A stretch of 24,000 bases of DNA, taken from contig CBDDAF010000002.1 of the NCBI GenBank assembly GCA_965224815.1, forward strand, positions 93,751-117,750, written 5' to 3'. This DNA comes from Gammaproteobacteria bacterium. GTDB lineage: Bacteria; Pseudomonadota; Gammaproteobacteria; DSM-19610. Below are positions 9,181 through 16,942 of the stretch, piece by piece (position 1 is the first letter of the stretch; each line of letters begins with the position of its first letter). The translations under genes and the position numbers were made by a program. A model generated the notes under the pieces. The model saw nothing but the letters and a program-made list of their open reading frames with translations, searched no databases and had not been told where the DNA came from.

Positions 9181-10171
9181 CAGTTGCATTGTTTTAATAC
9201 GATTTTCACGGCGTGGGAGCAGCTACTGTCGATTGTAGAGATGGGCTACGTTGACGTCATATCCATGGAAATATTGCGAACATGTGGCGTAAATGCTTGG
9301 ATGTCTCTGGAAGGTAGTAACATATGAAGTCGATTGGCTTACCGGTATTCAGATATCGCTTGATAGTACGATTTAAAAAATTCTACTATGCGTGTATATG
9401 CCGAACGAGGATGTACATAATGATGATGGATTTATTGAGAATCATTATCTGTGTATAATTACGTCCCTTTCAATAATTGATGATATATGCGACACTATAA
9501 CTATCATATCAATGACGAAAGCCGTCTTTGGTAACCGACTTCAATTGTTCTGCAAGGAAAGTAATAGGAGTATCATTATCTAAAGTGAGAGATTTCTGCC
9601 GTGTGATTCATTTACGTAGTGAGTGAATACTTGAGCACACCATCGTGGTTAAACCATTGTTTATCCATAGACTCATATATTATAGAGGATGGACATAGTA
9701 TAATTCGTAATGTTTATATATGGCATTTTGGGTGTTCTTCGCATCACTTTCCCATATCTATTGACGTTGATATAGCATGTATGCCTGAGGTTGAGAACGT
9801 AAGAGGCAACGGGTCTAATAATTAGTCGTGGGTTGCCTCTCAGCTATCGTTCACGTCTTAGCACAGGTCTCTTTTGGATCGGTATTGAGTGGTATTGTTT
9901 AATTGCATACCATAACTAGTTGGAATTAATAAATTGTTCTACATGTCTGGTTGTCTGTCTATACATTAATGTTGATAATCACTCAATAGTGGGACATAGG
10001 CCTACACTGACAGCATGACAAACTATTATAGCAATACCATTTTAGAACAATTGAGGTCAATATTCTAATTATATTTAAAGAACCTTTGATTTGTAATCAC
10101 AAACTAAGTTCTAAGAAGCTTAGGCCTAGAGTGTCCACAAAAAACTAAGAATTTTGAGACCTCACCGTGTG

Positions 10172-10205
10172 GATTTGTTGATTTGATTTGATTTGATTTA
10201 ATTTG
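10172..10205 (+). repeat. (GATTT)n microsatellite, about 6 imperfect units
   Basis: gatttgttgatttgatttgatttgatttaatttgg. Confidence 0.9.
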
Positions 10206-10532
10206 GAACACATCATGTTCACAGGATAACACACGAAAGACTTATTTCCAGTGTGGTCAATGATGACATGTGGTCTCTAAGAGTGGGTGGTGGAGTCCAC
10301 GACAAGTTACAAATGTCCAGTGCAGACTGGTGGGATATTTTACTTCCCCTGGCATATAGACACCATATAGAAGGGACCGACGGCTTTTAGTGTCTCCTCC
10401 GAAAGACCCTGGCAAAGCGGGGTAAACGGAATTGTCATAAGTTCCGAAACGAATAAGTTGCCGCAGCGGGATTTGAACAATGGACCACCCGGTCGCCAGT
10501 CCAACCTACTCGTCCACCGCCCCCCCCCCCCC
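10172..10532 (-). mobile_element. tRNA-related SINE-like element (tentative)
   Basis: On the minus strand a G-run is followed by GGCGGTGGACGAGTAGGTTGG...TTGTTCAAATCCCGC. This gives A-box-like and B-box-like (GGTTCAAATCC-type) motifs about 30 nt apart. A ~250-nt body follows, and the unit ends in an (AAATC)n tail (= 10172-10205). It is too short and too unpaired to be a real tRNA. Confidence 0.4.
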
Positions 10533-10613
10533 TGTTACATTCATTCACTAATGTCTTATTTGCCTCTCTTCAATTTCGAACCCCCCTACCAAAAATCCTG
10601 CGTACATGCCTGG

Positions 10614-11208
10614 GTAGGCCTAAGCCTAGTAGGCGGGCTGCATTGCAGGCGGGCTGGAGTGATCAACGGAACGAAGCGGAATCTGCGGAACAGACCGCCC
10701 GAATCTCAACTTTACCTGGTCACTGGTGTAACAAACCGCGTAATATTGGCTATGTGTTTCGCAACATAATGATACATGGCAAATAGTCCACTGAATATAC
10801 AATGAAACCTGTCCTACAATATTAATTCCTAAAAGTGAGATTAAGGTGCCCCCCCCCCCAGTAATCTTAATATCCCACGGAACGCCCAAAAATCAACAGG
10901 TTTCAGCAGCCAGTTAGTGCCAGCAGGCGAGCAACCATTCATTAGATGGAAATCTGTGGATTTTGCTAGTTCCACGGTGTTATGTGGCATATTAATATAC
11001 TCCGGTACCTTAATCTCATTTTTATTAATTAATATAATACGACAGGTTTCATTAGATGATCAGTGAACTAATTGCCGAGTATCAGTTTGGTTAAAAATCA
11101 CAGTGAGTATTGCACCATAATAGGTGAAGTTGTGATTCGGACAATCTGTTCTGCAGATTCTGCTTTGTTCCGTGGAATAGGCCCTACTCCAGCCCAGCCT
11201 AGGTCTAC
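10614..11208. mobile_element. Foldback / MITE-like inverted-repeat element, copy 1
   Basis: Arms at 10614-10850 and 11004-11208 are reverse complements with indels. One example is gggctggagt...ggaacgaagcggaatctgcggaacagaccgcccgaatctcaactttacct against rc ...ggaacaaagcagaatctgcagaacagattgtccgaatcacaacttcacct. Another is gagattaaggtgcc against ggtaccttaatctc. The loop is ~150 bp and starts with a C10 run. Confidence 0.65.
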
Positions 11209-11534
11209 GTCTCAATATAAAAAGACCGAGGCTATTCGACCGGGTATTTAACGTTGAACGATAGGGACCCTAACTGACACGCACCGTGACACAAAACCAG
11301 GCTGTTAGGCAGGATTTTGAAAGTGGGTGTGCAAAATTTTAAACAGGGTGTGCAGGGGTCAAATGTCCATGTCCTATTTAACCCCGCGAGTCCCCGCCGC
11401 AGTCCATTTTTATCCCGCGAGACTCCACGCCGCAGTCCAATTTCACGCAGTCGATGTTGACGATACATTTAAATGTATCTCTAAGTATTGAATGAAAACG
11501 AACAACGGTGGAGATTTAAAATAGTATTTAATAA

Positions 11535-11625
<91 letters not shown>

Positions 11626-11780
11626 AAATAGTGAGTAAACATAATGTAAAAAAACATTGTATGATTAATTATATCATACAGTAGTTCATAAAACATAGAA
11701 CGTTTCATATATAACTGCATTAATAACATGAACGAATAAGCAAATGTCAAGCAGCTTTTACATATAAATGCATTCATTAT

Positions 11781-12230
11781 CATACCATGACATGATTGTG
11801 ACATAAACTTTCACATGTAAATTCATCAATCATATTTATCTTTATCATAATTCATTCAACATCATAGCATCACATGATATAAACTTTCTCATGTAAATGC
11901 AATAAATCACATGATTAAATATCACAATTAATTCATCATCATAGCATCACATGATTGTAACACAAAAAAAGTTCAGTTGTAAATTCAGTATGATTAAATA
12001 TCACAATTAATTAATCTTCATAGCATCACATGATTGTAACACAAAAAAACGTTCAGTTGTAAATGCATTAATCACATGATTAAATATCACAATTAATTCA
12101 TCATCATGTAGCATCACATGATTGTGACACAAAAACGTTCAGTTGTAAATGCAGTATGATTAAATATCACAATTAATTAATCTTCATAGCATCACATGAT
12201 TGTAACACAAAAAACGTTCACTTGTAAAAG
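11781..12230 (+). repeat. AT-rich tandem repeat, 77-88-bp unit, about 5.5 copies
   Basis: The anchor ATAGCATCACATGAT(T/A) recurs at 11864, 11941, 12020, ~12108 and 12186, with a diverged first unit at ~11781. The unit body is ...tgtaacacaaaaaaacgttcagttgtaaatgca(g/t)ta(..)tgattaaatatcacaattaatt.... Confidence 0.85.
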
Positions 12231-12397
12231 TGTGTGACCAGAATAAAGAACTGATAGTTAAATGATCCTATTGTGCATAATAATGCAGCAGCCTCAATAC
12301 AAAATCTATGACAAGCAACCTCAGTTTACCTGATTATAAAAATGCAGACAGACGTTGGCTATTGTTAATAATTAACAAGCTAATAATTAATTACTGT

Positions 12398-12780
12398 AAT
12401 TAGGATCAAATATTCATAGTTCATACATGTATGCACAAAGATACATATGCCTCAACCAATATCAGTGCTATAATAACAAGATCTACACAAAGCCATCTTA
12501 TCATCTAACTAAAAAGTAAACTAATTATCAACTAAATAAAGTACAGATAATAATTAGTGAGTGTAATTAGCATCGAATAATCATGTCTTGTACAAACAAA
12601 AATGTGTATAAATCAATTAATATTAGTGCTTGCAACGAGTTTTACAGAAAGCCAGCTTATCATCTAACTAAATAAATAAACAAATCATCAACTATATAAC
12701 GAACAGAAAATAATTAATTAGTGTAATTAGTATCGAATAATCATATCTTGTACGCACAAAACGCGTATAAATCAACCATG
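12398..12780 (+). repeat. AT-rich tandem repeat, ~162-bp unit, about 2.3 copies
   Basis: gtaattag(g/c/t)atc(a/g)aata(a)tcat..., ...cagaaagccagcttatcatctaactaaataaataaac... and ...ataattaattag recur at ~12398, ~12560 and ~12722. Confidence 0.75.
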
Positions 12781-13490
12781 AGCAATGATCAAATAAAACA
12801 ATATATATTTGTAATTAAAATAATTCACTAGTATAATATTAGCATTATTCCCAGATAAGTTAGCCTACCTGATTGATATTTATTATTTATGCTGCTCAAA
12901 TATTGTACTGGGTTAATATGATTTCCTTAATAATTTACTTGGCTTTGATGATTGGGAGATGATAAGATGATATTATGAACAACCATAACTATTATGTCAT
13001 TATTAGCTAAATATTAGCTATCAAACTGTCGTTCGTCTATCGATAGGCTGACATTAGCCGGTGCCCACGTGTGTTTGTTGACGGAAGTGAGAGCATGAGC
13101 CAATCAGCGTTGGCTAATGTGAAACGTCACCGGAACGAAAGCATCGAACAAGTTTCGCAATCCATGATCATCCTTTATTAAAACTGACCATCCGTGGCCA
13201 ATAAGGCATCTATGTTACAATTAAGATAACTATGCAATAATTGAGGACATATCACGCGCACATAACGATGTTTGAACGTCTGTAAGATAGGTCGAAAACA
13301 TGCCGCCATTTTGATGCATTCGCTGGAATTACGCATTGGTGGACCGATTTCTGCAATCAAATCACCTTTTGCTCACGGATGTTTACGACTCGACGTTTAT
13401 AAATAAATCAATATAAATAGGCCCGATATAAATATCAGAATCATTCATATTATTATTATTATTATTGTTCTGGACACGCAAGTAGTTTGT

Positions 13491-15603
13491 TAATATAATA
13501 ATAATAATAAAAGTTTTATTGCAGACGCAGTACATGGTCCATATTAAAAAACAAGATTAAAAGTTATACAATTGAATCAACCAGCGTCTCCGAAGTGTAG
13601 ACAATAAATACACGTCACCATTCGCAACGTTACAAATAATATCATTGGACGACCGATTAATTCTGGTCATCAGACTGTAAATACATTTTCTAAACACTGC
13701 ACTGCCTGAGTTAACATTAGCTGCAGCGAACATACCGCTGGCACTGCAGCGCATTGGCAATCTATGCAGTATACGATAGCAGTTGTTATAAGATACTATA
13801 AACATATGGAAAGTAGACTTAGTACACTTCACCCATAGAGCACACATGTATATATTATTAAAAAATGTAGAGAACAATTTGTTTTTAACATCAGCAGAAC
13901 AAAAGTGAAAGCGCTGTCTAAGCATATTACTTCTCGCATACATTTGCCTCGCTTTAGCTTTCATATCAGATTCATCAGACAGATCATCACAGATGATATG
14001 ACCAAGGTAGGTATAATACGAAACAAAGTTTAGCTGATCGCTACCAATCACCATGGGCCTAGCAGCTCCAAGTTTACGAGAGTCAATATACATAACCACC
14101 GATTTCAACGGGTTGAATTGGATGTCATGACTACATCCGTAAGTAAAACACATATCCAGCAACTTTTGCAGGCCCTTCGCAGAAGGTGAAAATAGTGCAA
14201 TGTCATCAGCATATAACATATGGTTTACAACAACGTCACCAGTGCTACAGCCGATATGTTGTGAATTGAGTTGTGCGCTAAGATTGTCCATGTAGACATT
14301 AAAAAAGAGCGGAGAGAGAATACCACCCTGTTTCACTCCATTCGTAGATGTAAAAAAATCCGAGTAGGAATTCCCCCACCGTATACATATATGTTGTGAA
14401 ATAAAATCGTAGCTAATCAGACGCAATATATATTTCGCCACTCCTCGATTTTCTAGCTTAGTTAAAAGCTTGCACCTATTGACGCGATCAAAGGCTTTAG
14501 AAGCATCTAAAAAAGCAACATGCATCGCTGAACCGTGTTCAACATAAAAACGCAGCAGTTCTTTGAAAGTAAATACACATAGCTCAGTTCCATGATCTAA
14601 TTTGAAGCCGAACTGATTGTGACTGCTATGCAGATAATCACTCAGACGACGAGCTAAAGCCATTTCAACGATCTTCGAACATACATTGGACAGACATATA
14701 GGTCGATAATTGCCTTTGTCATTTATGCGCTTGTTTTTGTTCTTAATTACCGGAACAATAACCGATTCCATCATAGACCTGGGGATAAAACCGTGAGTAA
14801 AGATAGACGATATCACCATAGACATAAGTACACATAGTTTAGGACCAGCAACCTGCATGTGTTCGGCAGATACACCATCCAGACCAGGAGATTTATTACA
14901 GGCAAGGCCATTAACTATAGTTTTCATTTCTTCAACATTGACATTAATTTCTTTGTCAAATACAATGTTAGTATTATTGAATATATCATCATGAGCTTTA
15001 GCGCAACAACTGTTCGGAACACTGTTGAATATAGTACTGTAATGGTGCTTCCACATAGCAGCGATATTACAGTCTCCATGGACGCCATCGATGCATGTGG
15101 GCAGTTTAACGTTACTGTTCATAGTACACCGAATTTCTTTCCAGAAATTGCGCTGATCAGTTTGGCACATTTTTTCGGCAATCCTATCAGATACAATAGT
15201 TTCTTTGTCCCTCTTACATTTTCGGAGAGCGTATTTAAAGCGACTTCTACACAATTTCATCAGGGTAAAGGCATCCCCATTCCTCGGCTTACCCAACTCA
15301 CGCCAAAGCCAATAAGCATCCATAGCAGCATCATGATGCTCTTTGACATACTCATTCCAGCCGGGAACACTGGCTTGTTTAATGTCACGATTATTAGGCG
15401 CAGTAAGTGGTTGGCTACATGCAGTTAGAGAACCCATAATAGAGTCATGGAATTCAGAAATTTCAGCCTGATGAATGCGACTTTTACAATTCGGATCTCG
15501 GCATCTGACTCCATCCGGAACTATTAACTGACTAAGTTCTATGTTAGTACATTTAGTATATTCATCCTCTTCAGGCTTGATGTTAAAGGAAGGAAATATA
15601 GGA
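13491..15603 (-). mobile_element. 5-prime-truncated non-LTR retrotransposon (LINE family A), RT-containing
   Basis: The RT ORF has no endonuclease domain. The reading frame stays open upstream of the first Met to ~15603, where the other LINE begins. The 3-prime UTR carries AATAAA followed by a (TTA)n run (plus 13494-13511). Confidence 0.8.
13557..15437 (-). CDS. Reverse transcriptase (non-LTR retrotransposon ORF2 fragment)
   Basis: 626 aa with NKSPGLDGV, NYRPICLSNVCSKI, FLDASKAFDRV, GVKQGGILSPLFFNVYMD, an intact MLYADDIALF catalytic box and NPLKS. The track Met is probably not a true start, since the frame is open another ~55 codons upstream. Confidence 0.85.
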   Translation of the reverse strand: MGSLTACSQPLTAPNNRDIKQASVPGWNEYVKEHHDAAMDAYWLWRELGKPRNGDAFTLMKLCRSRFKYALRKCKRDKETIVSDRIAEKMCQTDQRNFWKEIRCTMNSNVKLPTCIDGVHGDCNIAAMWKHHYSTIFNSVPNSCCAKAHDDIFNNTNIVFDKEINVNVEEMKTIVNGLACNKSPGLDGVSAEHMQVAGPKLCVLMSMVISSIFTHGFIPRSMMESVIVPVIKNKNKRINDKGNYRPICLSNVCSKIVEMALARRLSDYLHSSHNQFGFKLDHGTELCVFTFKELLRFYVEHGSAMHVAFLDASKAFDRVNRCKLLTKLENRGVAKYILRLISYDFISQHICIRWGNSYSDFFTSTNGVKQGGILSPLFFNVYMDNLSAQLNSQHIGCSTGDVVVNHMLYADDIALFSPSAKGLQKLLDMCFTYGCSHDIQFNPLKSVVMYIDSRKLGAARPMVIGSDQLNFVSYYTYLGHIICDDLSDESDMKAKARQMYARSNMLRQRFHFCSADVKNKLFSTFFNNIYMCALWVKCTKSTFHMFIVSYNNCYRILHRLPMRCSASGMFAAANVNSGSAVFRKCIYSLMTRINRSSNDIICNVANGDVYLLSTLRRRWLIQLYNF

Positions 15604-15708
15604 TTTTAAAAAGGAAACCTTAGGACATTTCCCCGGGGGAAATACCAGGTGAAAAAAAACAGTCTTTTTTAAGACTACCGACGAACGACTAGATTGATCG
15701 ACACGATC

Positions 15709-16929
15709 ATGGCACCAAGCAGGCATCTGGTCTGCGGAAACTGTAGCAGCTGGATACAGTTTGACAGCTCGGGGTGCACCATCTCCTGGGCCGAGATGAG
15801 GAAGAGCACTAGTGTGTTCACGTGCAAGGGGTGTACAGAGGTGGCGATGTTGGTGGGAGAAGTGGAAGATCTTAGGAAGATGATGGAAAGCCTGAAGAGG
15901 ATGGTCACGGGACAGGGACTGGAAGAAAAAAGAGGAGAAACAGGGGATCAAGAGGCATCACTGGAAGAAGCGGAGGAGAAGGAAAAGGAGAAGAGCGTAG
16001 GAGAGAAGACACGAGAAAACAGTTCCACAGATAACAAGGATGGGAAGAGAATACGTCCAGGAGCTCAGATGATAGCGACACACGACTACAAGAAGAACCC
16101 GGAGAGTCCAGTTGGAAATGAGCTGGATGTGAATGAAGGGGACACGCTAGTATACTTGATGACGAACGAGAACAACGAGCACTGGTGGCTCGCAGAGGAT
16201 GGTAAGGGACAGGTGGGCTATGTGCCAGCGACCTATCTGAAGATCATCAAAGATGTGACCCGCCAGGAAGAGGAAAGCGACACAGCCGGGAAAGAAGGGT
16301 ATGGAAAGAAGACAGATGGATCCAAGATTGGAGGGGATATGGGACAGGATGGAGAAAGAAGAAAGGCGTATTCAGCGGCAGTGATAGAGGGATTCAAGAG
16401 GAACTCGGCGATTTATGTGGGAGACTCCATAGTTAGGAAGACCGACTCACGATTGAACAAGGGAGAGGACGTAGTAGTGTGTTTACCGGGAGCAAGGATA
16501 GAGCATGTGACAGCGAGAGTAGAGAGGATCATGGGAAGAGGAAAGGGAGGGACCATACTGGTACACATCGGGACGAATAACGCGGATAAGGAAGGGACGA
16601 CAGCTATAGTGGATAAGTACAGCAAGCTACTCAAGAAGACGAAGGAAGCAAGGGTTGGACAAATCATCCTGTCAGGAATCCTACCAGTGTTTGGTAACAG
16701 GATAGATGGATACAGAAACTCGAAGCGGATGGCGATAAACGGGACGGTGAAGCGACTTTGTAAGGAGGAAGATGTGGGATACGTGGATCTGTGGGATAGC
16801 TTTGTGGGGAAAGAGGAGATGTACTTGAGGGACGGTCTGCACCTTAGTGGGAAGGTGGCTGCCGTTTTTGCCGAGGGACTCTCAGGGGCGGTTGCCAGTG
16901 GCTTGGGTAAAGTACGATATTTAAACTAG
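15709..16929 (+). CDS. LINE ORF1 protein: Cys-rich N-terminus + acidic/coiled region + SH3-like domain + SGNH/GDSL esterase domain
   Basis: The first ATG is at 15709; the track start at 15694 is TTG. CGNC...C...CKGC spans nt ~15733-15834. An SH3-like segment ATHDY...GDTLVYL...HWWLAEDGKGQVGYVPATYLKI spans nt ~16063-16248. Esterase blocks YVGDSIV, HIGTNNA and DGLHLS span nt ~16405-16893. Confidence 0.85.
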   Translation: MAPSRHLVCGNCSSWIQFDSSGCTISWAEMRKSTSVFTCKGCTEVAMLVGEVEDLRKMMESLKRMVTGQGLEEKRGETGDQEASLEEAEEKEKEKSVGEKTRENSSTDNKDGKRIRPGAQMIATHDYKKNPESPVGNELDVNEGDTLVYLMTNENNEHWWLAEDGKGQVGYVPATYLKIIKDVTRQEEESDTAGKEGYGKKTDGSKIGGDMGQDGERRKAYSAAVIEGFKRNSAIYVGDSIVRKTDSRLNKGEDVVVCLPGARIEHVTARVERIMGRGKGGTILVHIGTNNADKEGTTAIVDKYSKLLKKTKEARVGQIILSGILPVFGNRIDGYRNSKRMAINGTVKRLCKEEDVGYVDLWDSFVGKEEMYLRDGLHLSGKVAAVFAEGLSGAVASGLGKVRYLN

Positions 16930-16942
16930 TTGGGCAGGGGGG

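Noticed and set aside
8253-9327. A dozen overlapping ORFs of 74-217 aa on both strands, Cys/Val/Arg-rich on plus and His/Thr/Ala/Pro-rich on minus
   Set aside because: They are translation artefacts of the GTGCGTGC-type satellite. All frames on both strands are open simply because the repeat lacks stop codons, and there is no domain-like sequence.
10458-10520. Possible tRNA gene on the minus strand (TTCAAATCC T-loop-like motif; 7-bp acceptor-like pairing GCGGTGG/CCGCTGC)
   Set aside because: Only ~58 nt lie between the putative acceptor halves. There is no pairable T-stem (cattg vs cccgc) and no cloverleaf. It is better explained as a degenerate tRNA-derived SINE head.
11781-12230. Regularly spaced repeats that could superficially resemble a CRISPR array (also 21983-22198)
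   Set aside because: The units are contiguous tandem copies with no unique spacers. They lie in eukaryote-type DNA, and one lies inside an LTR retrotransposon. No cas genes are present.
13060-13320. Promoter-like motif cluster: CACGTG E-box (13066-13071), CCAATCAG (13091-13098), GGCCAATAAGG, and GCCGCCATTTTG resembling a YY1 site on the opposite strand
   Set aside because: These are short motifs expected by chance. There is no adjacent exon or ORF that I can support, so it cannot be called a promoter from sequence alone.
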